Of a stretch of DNA of 17,899 nucleotides, positions 1-8,699 are shown in pieces. This stretch comes from an uncultured archaeon (GTDB lineage: Archaea > Asgardarchaeota > Lokiarchaeia > Sigyniarchaeales > SOKP01). Within the stretch, counting starts at the first letter, position 1; each line of letters begins with the position of its first letter. The DNA lies in assembly GCA_964447495.1 (NCBI GenBank), contig CAYUTF010000068.1, positions 1 through 17,899 of the forward strand, in the 5' to 3' direction. The notes under the pieces are model-generated. The model saw only the letters and a list, made by a program, of their open reading frames with translations. It had not been told where the DNA came from and did not search any database. The position numbers and the translations under genes are program-made.

Positions 1-2
1 GG

Positions 3-695
3 GAACGAAAATTAATGGCAATTTTAGATAAACAGTATCCTAATATTGAATACGAAGCAAAGCAATTAGATATAGCAGATGTGGTAATTTCTAAAGATGT
101 TGCTGTTGAGAGGAAAGAAGGATATGATTTAGTGGCTTCTATAATTGATAATCGTCTATTTGAACAACTTATTCGTTTGAAAGATACCTATGAAAATCCA
201 ATTCTTATTATTGAAGGTTTAAATAATGAAGTGTTCGAAAATATTGGAATGAAAATTTCTTCTATTTATGGTGCACTCGCGAAGATTTCGTATAAAATGG
301 GCATTGCGGTCATTCCAACTCAAAATTTAGAACATACTGCTGTGGCAATTGAAAGATTAGCCTATCGGGAACAAATTAAGCATGGAGAGGCTGTATTTTC
401 TCGAAAAGCACCCAAGAATATGAGTGAAGAAGATAGAAGAGTATATATAATTGAAGGTTTGATTGATATTGGTTCTAAGAAAGCTAAAATGCTAATCGAA
501 AAATTTAAAACACCTTATAAGGTTTTACAGGCAATTAAACAAACAGAGATTACATATACTAAGACAGGGAAGCCAAAAGGAATAAAAGGACCCCTCGAAC
601 AATTAACAGGGTTTGGTTGGAAATTTGTAGAGAAAAATCAAAAGATTTTATTTGGTGATATTAAGAGCCCTCAAAAAAAAATTGATGAGTTATAA
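3..695 (+). CDS. ERCC4-domain (XPF/Mus81/Hef family) structure-specific endonuclease with C-terminal HhH motifs; probably 5'-truncated by the window edge
   Basis: Catalytic ADVVI...VERKEGYD (GDxnERKx3D) and SIIDNRLFEQ motifs; HhH-like IDIGSKKA and LTGFGWK. The frame is open upstream of ATG 15 (NGG-GAA-CGA-AAA-TTA = x-E-R-K-L), fitting the DxRE motif that begins ERCC4 domains, so the true start is likely upstream of base 1. Confidence 0.9.
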   Translation, partial: ERKLMAILDKQYPNIEYEAKQLDIADVVISKDVAVERKEGYDLVASIIDNRLFEQLIRLKDTYENPILIIEGLNNEVFENIGMKISSIYGALAKISYKMGIAVIPTQNLEHTAVAIERLAYREQIKHGEAVFSRKAPKNMSEEDRRVYIIEGLIDIGSKKAKMLIEKFKTPYKVLQAIKQTEITYTKTGKPKGIKGPLEQLTGFGWKFVEKNQKILFGDIKSPQKKIDEL

Positions 696-834
696 CATTT
701 AGGATTTAGTTATTAACTTTCATATAGATTGGAAATATCTTTATATTTTTTCTTTAATTTATAATGTTGAATTTGTGTCAGCAATATCATATATTAATTT
801 TATATAAAAGTATAGGTAAATTTGAGAGATAAAT

Positions 835-1113
835 ATGTATTGTCAAAATTGTGGTGCAAAAATGGCTAACGACACGAAATATTGTCCTTTTTGTGGTTAT
901 TCAAATGAAGATGCTAGTGAGATTGATGAAAAAGATCTTAAAATTAAGGATTTACAAGAAAAGATCACTCAATTAGAACAAACTGTAAGTAATAGTGGTA
1001 ATTTTGAGACTGAACGGGGTTTCAATAATAATAAGATGTTTATTTTAATTTTTGTGTTTCCTCTCGCATTTCTGGTGCTTTTCTTTGTACTTTTTATTAT
1101 TTTAACACAATAA
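835..1113 (+). CDS. Zinc-ribbon protein with short coiled coil and C-terminal transmembrane anchor
   Basis: CQNCG...CPFCG (two CxxC); heptad segment KIKDLQEKITQLEQTV; hydrophobic C-terminal stretch MFILIFVFPLAFLVLFFVLFIIL. Confidence 0.8.
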   Translation: MYCQNCGAKMANDTKYCPFCGYSNEDASEIDEKDLKIKDLQEKITQLEQTVSNSGNFETERGFNNNKMFILIFVFPLAFLVLFFVLFIILTQ

Positions 1114-1171
1114 TGACTTTTATTTCATATTATGATCATAAAGTTGAAATCACAATCCAAAAGGATACATT

Positions 1172-1936
1172 ATGATTGTTTATCTCTCACTAATTGCGGT
1201 TTTTTTCTCTAGTATGGTTTATGGAATCATTGGATTTGGAGATGCTTTAGTGCTAATACCAATTATTACTCCAATTATCGGAGTAAAAAATGCGATTATA
1301 CTTGTGAATATCTGGGGTACATTTCCTGCCTTACTTAATTTCATAAAATATCGAGAGTATATAGATAAGGGGTATTTTTTTCGGTTCATTCAACTTGCGA
1401 TACCCGCTACGATTCTAGGGACCTACATGATAATCACTATTGAATTCGAATGGATTGAATTACTCCTTGGAATTTTCATATTATGCTATTCCTCTTTGAG
1501 ATTATTTCAATATTATAAAAAAAATGATGCTATTGAATTAAGGAAACATATCGATACGAAATCACCCATAATTTTTATAGGAGGGTTTTCATATGGGTTA
1601 TTAACAGGGTTAATTAGCGCAGCAGGTCCTATCAATGTTGCGTTATTAGAAAAAACAGGGCATTATCGAGAAATATTTATTGAAAATTTCGCTGCGATAG
1701 GCGTTGTCCTTTCCGCTTCAAGAATACCTTTCTATTTCATTGGAAATATCTTTCCATTTGATCTGATTTTAGTATTTTTCCTTGCTTTTCCAATTATATT
1801 TATTGGAACTAAATTTGGACAGAAACTTACTCCTAAAATACCGGTTAGAACATTTCAAATTTTAATTTTTTGCTTTCTTATAATTATCAGTATAAAATCT
1901 ATAATAACCGCGACTTTTGAGTTAATTTTCTGGTAA
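1172..1936 (+). CDS. Sulfite exporter TauE/SafE family membrane protein
   Basis: 254 aa with about 8 hydrophobic segments; GIIGFGDALVLIP and the second-half repeat GLLTGLISAAGP are typical of TauE/SafE. Confidence 0.85.
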   Translation: MIVYLSLIAVFFSSMVYGIIGFGDALVLIPIITPIIGVKNAIILVNIWGTFPALLNFIKYREYIDKGYFFRFIQLAIPATILGTYMIITIEFEWIELLLGIFILCYSSLRLFQYYKKNDAIELRKHIDTKSPIIFIGGFSYGLLTGLISAAGPINVALLEKTGHYREIFIENFAAIGVVLSASRIPFYFIGNIFPFDLILVFFLAFPIIFIGTKFGQKLTPKIPVRTFQILIFCFLIIISIKSIITATFELIFW

Positions 1937-1964
1937 GATGGCTAAATTTTAAAAAAGAAATAAA

Positions 1965-2666
1965 CTAATTTTTCACGAATTTATCAAGAGTTTTAGTATG
2001 AAATGTTTTCTCTACAACCATATCTTTTTTTTTCTGATACTTTTTTGGCAGATTTTGGGTGAAAAGTCTATAATTTTCTCTTGAATCTATATATTGTGAA
2101 TCATAAAATGTTTTAAATAATTTTTTTATATCTACATCGCTATCTAATAACTCATCGAATAGATCATGCTTCTTTAATAAAGGTGAGAACAATGAAATAA
2201 GATCTTTTGATTTTAATTGACTTTTACCAAGAATGAAATCTGATTCTACTTTAATTTTGATATTATTGACATTCTTCAAATCATTTATTACTTCTATAGG
2301 TGCTATAAAGTAGGTTTTATTTCTCTTCATTGAATACAAAATGATTGTAAATTTAGGGAATCTCTCGTAAAAAAACTTTAAAATTAAATCCTCTATTGAA
2401 TGTTCTGGTTGAATAATTCCTGTTAAAATCGAGTCTCGTTCTATTTTGAGACGTGTAAACATTTTATGGTAATGAATTTCCCTTGAAACTGAACGAGCCA
2501 TTTGATAAAAAATTTTAGCAGAAAATGTTAAATTGCTTTCTAAAACAGCATCAGGTAGTGTTTCTAATTCCTTTAACATCTCTTTTTTTTCTTTTATCGG
2601 TTTTTTAATAAATTCTCGATTTCTGGGCACAAAATAGCAAATTTTATTTTTTTTCATATTAAACAT
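1965..2666 (-). CDS. DUF4130 / TIGR03915-like putative DNA metabolism protein
   Basis: Motifs VSREIHYHKMFTRL, IQPEHSI..L..FF.ERFP and FKTFYDS..I.SREN....QNLPKKY match the DUF4130 pattern; lies directly downstream of its usual partner, the TIGR03916-like radical SAM gene. Confidence 0.8.
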   Translation of the reverse strand: MFNMKKNKICYFVPRNREFIKKPIKEKKEMLKELETLPDAVLESNLTFSAKIFYQMARSVSREIHYHKMFTRLKIERDSILTGIIQPEHSIEDLILKFFYERFPKFTIILYSMKRNKTYFIAPIEVINDLKNVNNIKIKVESDFILGKSQLKSKDLISLFSPLLKKHDLFDELLDSDVDIKKLFKTFYDSQYIDSRENYRLFTQNLPKKYQKKKDMVVEKTFHTKTLDKFVKN

Positions 2667-2703
2667 AAGTGATTCTCACATTATTTTATATGTATTTCAC
2701 GTT

Positions 2704-4017
2704 TTAATTGATAAAATTCATCATATCTAATTGATAGTTGTTCCCAATTTTAAGAAAGGGCTCTGCTCTCTTTAATACAATGCCTATATTTTTTAATTGC
2801 TCCCGGTTAATGATTTTAATGCCTTGCTTCCGTAACTTTATGATTCTTCTTGCAGATAAGAGTCCAATACCCGGAATTTTAAGAATATCATTATAAGAAA
2901 GTGAATTTATATCTAAAGGCATCTTTCCATCAAAATAATTTCGCGCAAGAAAAATTTTTGGATCTTCACGGGGTAGATTTAATGAATCTGTTAAAATTGT
3001 CTTAATATCATTTATCGGAATTTTATATAACCGTATTAACCAATCAGTTTGATATAATCTATGTTCTCTTAATAGAGGTGTTGCTTCTTTTTTCTCCAAT
3101 GCGGTTCCTTGGATTGGAGAAAAAGCTGAGAAATATCCTCTCTTTAACTTTATTGCTTTATATTCCCAATATAGTCTTTTGAGGATATCCCAGTCAGTCT
3201 CATCGGCAGCACCTACTACAAATTGTGTAGTTTGGCCTGATGGTAGATATTTCGCTTGCTTGTATTTATTTTCTTTGCATTCTGGTTTAGAATTACAATT
3301 AAAATCATTATCAAACGACTTAATTTTATCAATATATTCCCAATCGACAAATTTTTTTGCTGAGATATCGCGTATCCATTCTTGTCTTTGAATGATATCC
3401 GTCCGGAACGACTTTTGATCAGCAATTTCAGATAGATGCCCTTCTGTAGGAGATTCAAGATTAATACTCATCCTATCTACATATTGAGCAGCTTCTCTTA
3501 TAATATCTTTTGAGACTCCAGGCAAACATTTGAAATGAATGTACCCCCGAAAATTATATTTGTTCCGTAAAATTTTAACTGCTGTAAGCATTTTCTCCAT
3601 TGTTTCGTCTGAATTTTTAGTAATTCCCGATGAGAGAAACATACCTTCCACATAGTTTCCAAGATAGAGATGCAAGAAAGCTTTCGCATACTCTTCTGGA
3701 GTAAGACTCATTTTCTTTTTACTAATTTTATTAAAACAATATTTACAGTTGAAACAACATGCATTTGAAAATAAAACCTTAAATAATGAAACACAACGAC
3801 CATCTGGTGTAAAACTATGACATATACCTCCTGATAGCATTGAACCAAAACCCTCTGCTTGATTTTTTAATTTAGATAATTTAGAATTACGGTTATTAGA
3901 ATAACAATGAAGACTCAAGGAGCCTTTATTTGTATTAGAGTAACAGCTACTCGAGGCACATATATCATATTTACCCGCAGCACCAAGTATACGGATTTTC
4001 TCTACAATAGAGGGCAT
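2704..4017 (-). CDS. Putative DNA modification/repair radical SAM protein with HhH motif (TIGR03916-like)
   Basis: AAGKYDICASS, GICHSFTPDGRCVSLFKVL, CxxxCxxC (CCFNCKYC), GQTTQFVVGA, PLLREHRLYQTDWLIRLY, and HhH ILKIPGIGLLSARRII. Confidence 0.92.
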   Translation of the reverse strand: MPSIVEKIRILGAAGKYDICASSSCYSNTNKGSLSLHCYSNNRNSKLSKLKNQAEGFGSMLSGGICHSFTPDGRCVSLFKVLFSNACCFNCKYCFNKISKKKMSLTPEEYAKAFLHLYLGNYVEGMFLSSGITKNSDETMEKMLTAVKILRNKYNFRGYIHFKCLPGVSKDIIREAAQYVDRMSINLESPTEGHLSEIADQKSFRTDIIQRQEWIRDISAKKFVDWEYIDKIKSFDNDFNCNSKPECKENKYKQAKYLPSGQTTQFVVGAADETDWDILKRLYWEYKAIKLKRGYFSAFSPIQGTALEKKEATPLLREHRLYQTDWLIRLYKIPINDIKTILTDSLNLPREDPKIFLARNYFDGKMPLDINSLSYNDILKIPGIGLLSARRIIKLRKQGIKIINREQLKNIGIVLKRAEPFLKIGNNYQLDMMNFIN

Positions 4018-4202
4018 TATTCAATTTTAATTGTATTATTTTGAAGTTTTTGATTTTAGAATTCATACAAATAAATTTCAAATATTAATTAATAGAGAAA
4101 TGCTTGTTCCAATTTAATGTTAAGAGCCTAATGATTTAGTATTACTCTTTTTTTTTTATAAGTCAATTTGAAACAAAAAGATCGTATTCATTTTTTAATT
4201 AT

Positions 4203-4216
4203 CGAAAGGTTAAATT
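4203..4216 (+). promoter_or_regulatory. Putative archaeal BRE + TATA promoter for the DsrE-family gene
   Basis: CGAAAG followed by GTTAAATT resembles archaeal BRE/TATA; about 105 nt upstream of ATG 4320. Confidence 0.4.
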
Positions 4217-4226
4217 AAATCTTTAA

Positions 4227-4244
4227 ATTCCAACCTATTGGAAT
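4227..4244. promoter_or_regulatory. Perfect inverted repeat ATTCCAA-N4-TTGGAAT, candidate operator
   Basis: 7-bp perfect arms with a 4-nt spacer, in the divergent intergenic region just downstream of the putative TATA. Confidence 0.4.
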
Positions 4245-4319
4245 ATAAGGAGTATAATTATATTTAAAAATTACATAATAACACTTAATTCACTTAAAAA
4301 AAGGAAGAAAAAAATAATA

Positions 4320-4682
4320 ATGAAAGAAAAAAAATTTATTTTATATGTTCAAACAACCGATAAACCTGAACGTCAATATTCTCCATTAGTGTTAGCTCAA
4401 ACCGCTAAAGCAATGGATATGAAGGCTATTGTTTATTATTTAGGTATGGGGTTAAAAATTTTAAAACCAGGAGAAGCTGAGAAGATCAAATTAGGCGATT
4501 TTCCAGGACTAAACGAGATGATTAATAAAACATTAAATGCTGGGGTTAAAATTTTCGTATGTGAGGCGTCAAAACGAATGTTAGGATTGGAAAAAGTAGA
4601 ACTGATACCTGGTGTGAAGATAGTTGGTGCAGCAACCTTAAATGATCTTGCCTTAGAAGCAGATGCGACAATGTGGTTCTAA
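4320..4682 (+). CDS. DsrE/DsrF-like family protein (putative sulfur carrier)
   Basis: 120 aa; PLVLAQTAKAMD, GVKIFVCEAS (conserved Cys), GVKIVGAATL. Confidence 0.85.
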   Translation: MKEKKFILYVQTTDKPERQYSPLVLAQTAKAMDMKAIVYYLGMGLKILKPGEAEKIKLGDFPGLNEMINKTLNAGVKIFVCEASKRMLGLEKVELIPGVKIVGAATLNDLALEADATMWF

Positions 4683-4724
4683 TTTCAGGTAGAAAGCAGT
4701 ATATTTTGTAAAATTTGTTAGGTT

Positions 4725-4943
4725 TTACCAAGCAGAATGATTTAAGATAGCATTTGTTGGACACACATCCTGACATGCCATACAATCTGTACACTCACCA
4801 ATATTTTCTGCGATAACTTTTCCATCAACTAAATCGTATACATTAACGGGACATGCTTCGATACAATCTGCAGCTCCAACACATTTATCTAGATCAATTT
4901 CTACCCAGTGGTCGTTATCTTCCCATTTTTTTAGGTTTACCAT
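4725..4943 (-). CDS. Dicluster ferredoxin (probably 3Fe-4S + 4Fe-4S)
   Basis: CVGAADCIEACP and CTDCMACQDVCP motifs. Confidence 0.92.
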   Translation of the reverse strand: MVNLKKWEDNDHWVEIDLDKCVGAADCIEACPVNVYDLVDGKVIAENIGECTDCMACQDVCPTNAILNHSAW

Positions 4944-4975
4944 TATTAACTAATAATGTTTGATTAGTTTTAAAA

Positions 4976-7048
4976 TTATAAAGTGATAAATAAAATATAA
5001 CCAAAATGAATTAATCCCCCTATTACTAATGCAATTCCAATTTCTAAGAACGCAATCTGGAGAGCATATTTCCAATTTGTTTGTTTTGCAATGATGATAA
5101 TCGTGGCAAAACAAGGGATGTATAGCATAGTTACTAAACTAAAAATCACCATTTGAATTGGAGTTAATAACCCAGTTAATGTTAGTCCTACATTTTCACT
5201 TAAAAGGGCTAAGAGTACCAGCGTAAGTTCCTTTCTTAGAATACCATATATAAGGAAAACGCCTGCTAGTGCAGGTAATCCTAACCAGAAAACAGTTATG
5301 GGAGATAAGATTACGTTTATGGGTTCTAAGATATTAAGAATAAATAAAATTTCTAATATGATCCCGAATACAATGATAATTGGAAGTGCTTTAAATATAA
5401 ATTCCTTAGATCTCACCCATGTCTGTTTAGCAATTACTTTATAGTTTGGTTTTCGATATTCATGCATTTCCATAATTAACTCAGTACAACTGCCTGGTAA
5501 GGTTTTATTTAAAATTTTGCCCACAATAATTATCACTATAAAATTGATTAAAAATAAAATCAACACCCATTCTAGCCCTAAATATCTACCCACTAATCCC
5601 ATGACAACTGTCATAACTGCAGCACATGGAACAAGTGATGTTAATGCGATTGAGATTTTTTTTTCTCTTTCAGTTTCCATTATTCTGCAACCTGCACATG
5701 CTGGGACGTTACATCCAAATCCAAGTATCATAGTAATTATTGTTTTTCCATGAACCCCTAAAATATGCATTAATCTATCCATCAAAAATGCTGCTCGTGG
5801 TAAATATCCCGAATCCTGTAATAGTTCAATTGTAAAAAAGAAGGGAATTACATACACTAACACTCCCCCTATAGCACCCATAAGTCCTCCCAATCCTCCA
5901 TCCCATAATATTTTAACAAGCACATTTTCTTTTCCAAATAAGAGATAAATATTCTCTGTCCATAGGGAAAAACTATCATCAATAATTGTGCCGAGAAAAC
6001 CACCGATTAAGAAGGTAAATGAATAGATTCCAGCGATAACTAATACCAACACAACATATCCCCAAAAAGAATGAGTTGTGAGATGATCTAATTTATCTGC
6101 AAGAGAAATTTTCTTCATTTCTTTTTTAGTCTTAAATTTCACAACTTTTTCTACTATCCTGTTAATATTGCTATAAATTTCGGAAGATATTATCGAATTA
6201 ATATCTTCACCATGATATTCTTCTAATTCTTTAACAAATTCGGTTGTTTTATCAAGAAGCGGTTTAGATTTTTCTGTGTAATTAAAAAATTTTAAAATTT
6301 CATCGTCACTTTCAAGTAATTTGATAGCTAAGAATCGAAAGGGGTACTTATGCTCTTGAATGTTTGTTTGAATATGTTCGATTTCTAAAATCAAATCCTT
6401 AATTTTAAGCTCGATTTCTTTTCCAAATGACATAATCTCGGATAAGTTTGGAAATATATATTCAGTTTTATTAAATTTACATATTCTTGAAGGGTTTTTT
6501 GAAGTATTTCTAACTAATTCAATACATTTTTCTAATAATTCGTGAACGCCAGTACCATGTACTGCAACAACAGGTAATACAGGAATTTTAAAAATTGCCT
6601 CAAGTTGATTGAAATCAAGTTCTATATTTCTTTTTCGCAGGATATCCATTTGATTGATGGCTATTATCATCGGTACCTTCAATTCTAACAATTGAAATGT
6701 GAAAAATAAATTTCGTTCCAAATTAGTTGCATCGATAACATTAATAATGATATCTACGTTATCAGATACAATATATTCACGACTTACTATCTCTTCCAAT
6801 GAATAAGTTGATAGTGAATATATACCAGGTAAATCGACAATATTGAAATGATACCCTAAAAATTCTAAATACCCCTCTAATTTCTCAACCGTCTTCCCTG
6901 GCCAATTCCCTATTGTCTGACTAAGTCCCGTTAATTGATTAAAAATCACAGACTTACCTACATTTGGATTTCCAGCTAAAGCAATATTAATTGTAGCTTC
7001 AGAAAGTTTTCTGTCTTTAAGTTTGTTTTTGGGTAAGTGACAGCTCAA
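4976..7048 (-). CDS. feoB: Ferrous iron transport protein B
   Basis: GNPNVGKS, GNWPGKTVE, DLPGIYSL, DATNLERNL, DSGYLPRAAFLMD, GFGCNVPA, LYIPC; TTG start preceded by an AGAGGT Shine-Dalgarno-like sequence (7055-7060, minus strand). Confidence 0.97.
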   Translation of the reverse strand: MSCHLPKNKLKDRKLSEATINIALAGNPNVGKSVIFNQLTGLSQTIGNWPGKTVEKLEGYLEFLGYHFNIVDLPGIYSLSTYSLEEIVSREYIVSDNVDIIINVIDATNLERNLFFTFQLLELKVPMIIAINQMDILRKRNIELDFNQLEAIFKIPVLPVVAVHGTGVHELLEKCIELVRNTSKNPSRICKFNKTEYIFPNLSEIMSFGKEIELKIKDLILEIEHIQTNIQEHKYPFRFLAIKLLESDDEILKFFNYTEKSKPLLDKTTEFVKELEEYHGEDINSIISSEIYSNINRIVEKVVKFKTKKEMKKISLADKLDHLTTHSFWGYVVLVLVIAGIYSFTFLIGGFLGTIIDDSFSLWTENIYLLFGKENVLVKILWDGGLGGLMGAIGGVLVYVIPFFFTIELLQDSGYLPRAAFLMDRLMHILGVHGKTIITMILGFGCNVPACAGCRIMETEREKKISIALTSLVPCAAVMTVVMGLVGRYLGLEWVLILFLINFIVIIIVGKILNKTLPGSCTELIMEMHEYRKPNYKVIAKQTWVRSKEFIFKALPIIIVFGIILEILFILNILEPINVILSPITVFWLGLPALAGVFLIYGILRKELTLVLLALLSENVGLTLTGLLTPIQMVIFSLVTMLYIPCFATIIIIAKQTNWKYALQIAFLEIGIALVIGGLIHFGYILFITL

Positions 7049-7117
7049 AATTTTACCTCTAGTTTAGAGTAATTCAAATCTCGGATAGTATTAAAATTAT
7101 TACTGACGCTAGAAAAA

Positions 7118-7411
7118 TTATCGAAAAATGCAAGACTCACTGCATCGCACGAGTATTTTAGATGCAAGTCCTCGTCCTAATACTATATTAGTCCCCTTCA
7201 CTATAATTTCTAAGGGACCATGAAAAGGAGCATCTTTCTTTTTTCGGATTATCGACCCCGGATATATTCCCAGATTATATAATCTTCTTCTAGCATTAAA
7301 CCCCGCAGTTATGCTTACAACTGAAACTTCTTCTCCCTTTTGACATTCTGTTAAACATTTAATTAGATTAATAGTTTGATCGTTTTCTTTTCTCTTATCA
7401 GCAATTTTCAT
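7118..7411 (-). CDS. feoA: Ferrous iron transport protein A
   Basis: RRRLYNLGIYPGS, APFHGPLEI, LGRGLASKI; directly upstream of feoB. Confidence 0.93.
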   Translation of the reverse strand: MKIADKRKENDQTINLIKCLTECQKGEEVSVVSITAGFNARRRLYNLGIYPGSIIRKKKDAPFHGPLEIIVKGTNIVLGRGLASKILVRCSESCIFR

Positions 7412-7481
7412 GACTTTAATTTAAAATAATCCTTATATTTTTCTAAAATATGCTACCCCACATAAATAATTGTAAGAGTTA

Positions 7482-7507
7482 TATTTAAATTTTTTAGTTA
7501 TACTTAA
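7482..7507 (-). promoter_or_regulatory. Putative feoAB promoter (TTTAAATA TATA) with adjacent DtxR/MntR-like imperfect palindrome
   Basis: Minus-strand TTTAAATA at 7489-7482; TTAGTTATACTTAA at 7494-7507 matches 12/14 positions of the palindrome TTAGGTATACCTAA. Confidence 0.35.
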
Positions 7508-7699
7508 TTACAATTTTTATATTTTAAAAAAAGAGAACGAACTTACTGAATATTTTTCCATCTTTCACTCAATTAGAAAGATTTAATATTCTAATAAACA
7601 AGTAAATAAAATAGTCATGTAAAGATCAATAAATTTTTATTATTAGGGTAAAAATAAAATGTGTAAATTTATATACAAGTGTAAATAATGGTTTATTTT

Positions 7700-8419
7700 T
7701 TAGACAAATTCCTTTATTTTTTGTATTTTATTTGTTAAAATTCCATCAACACCAATTTTAATTAATTTCTTTATTTTTCTCTTTGAATTAACTGTCCATG
7801 GAAAAACTTTAAGCCCTTTTTCATGAGCAAGGTTTACAAATTTTTCATTTACCATCATAAAAAAAGGATTAATAGAAAAAAAACCTTTTTCGCTTAAGGA
7901 TGATATGAGTCTCTTTTTAATAAACCAGTGTGTGATCCATCCTAATCCTGTAGGAATAATTGCTCCAAATTTTAGATTTGGATATTCAGTTTGATTTTTA
8001 AGAAGTTCATTATGTTTAAATGATACCAAAATGGTGGATTTTAAGGCAGAATGATTTTTTAAAATGTTGATTACTTTTCCAGAAATATTTTTAACTTTAA
8101 TCTCACACATATAATTAATTTTTTCTTTAGTATTGACTAGCAGTTCTTCTAAAGTGGGAATTCTCTCGCCACTTCCGGCATTTAATCGTTTGATTTTCTC
8201 TAAAGTAGATCGTTTTATCGATCCAAATTTATGCGTTGTGCGAAATACTCCCGGATCATGTATTATTACTATCTCTCCATCTTTAGTACTTCTTACGTCA
8301 AATTCAATAAAATCTGCAACTAATTCAATAGCCAGTTCAAACGCTTTTAAAGTATTTTCAGGTGCAATATTACTTGCACCTCGATGTGCTATTAAAAGAA
8401 TTTTATCATTCTTTATCAT
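7700..8419 (-). CDS. Glycerophosphodiester phosphodiesterase (GlpQ/UgpQ family)
   Basis: IAHRGAS..APENTL.AF, IEFDV..TKDG..VIIHD, IPTLEELL, WTVN, GVDGILTN. Confidence 0.95.
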   Translation of the reverse strand: MIKNDKILLIAHRGASNIAPENTLKAFELAIELVADFIEFDVRSTKDGEIVIIHDPGVFRTTHKFGSIKRSTLEKIKRLNAGSGERIPTLEELLVNTKEKINYMCEIKVKNISGKVINILKNHSALKSTILVSFKHNELLKNQTEYPNLKFGAIIPTGLGWITHWFIKKRLISSLSEKGFFSINPFFMMVNEKFVNLAHEKGLKVFPWTVNSKRKIKKLIKIGVDGILTNKIQKIKEFV

Positions 8420-8699
8420 ACTTATTAAATTTCATGTAAATTAAATGTGTTATAATTATACTATTCTTGGGTTGATATAAAATGATTTCATCTAATATTT
8501 ATAGTATACAAATTTTTAATGCTAAACATAAATGAAACAAAATCATAATTATAAAGAATTACCCCTCCTTGTTTGAAAAAGACTTAATTTTTAAGTAGTG
8601 AAAACATAATGGTTAAAAATTACAAAAATAACAAAAATCTCAAAAATGTGTTTACGTACTCTAAAAGAGAGAAATTTGTTTTCAATTCTGAAGATATGA

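Noticed and set aside
3179-3689. Short ORFs 3179-3391 (+), 3216-3458 (-) and 3498-3689 (-)
   Set aside because: They lie wholly inside the well-supported radical SAM gene and show no recognisable motifs.
1172-4943. TauE + DsrE + ferredoxin as a sulfur-relay operon, possibly feeding the radical SAM enzyme
   Set aside because: The genes are non-adjacent and on different strands, and there is no TusA, rhodanese or cysteine desulfurase in the window.
4546-5753. ORFs 4546-4794 (-) and 5517-5753 (+)
   Set aside because: Shadow ORFs overlapping the DsrE/ferredoxin genes and antisense to feoB.
8133-8444. 103-aa + strand ORF
   Set aside because: Antisense shadow of the GDPD gene.
8499-8570. Minus-strand AAGGAGGGG followed by a 15-codon ORF (MILFHLCLALKICIL)
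   Set aside because: Too short, the SD-like sequence is about 15 nt from the ATG, and there is no other support.
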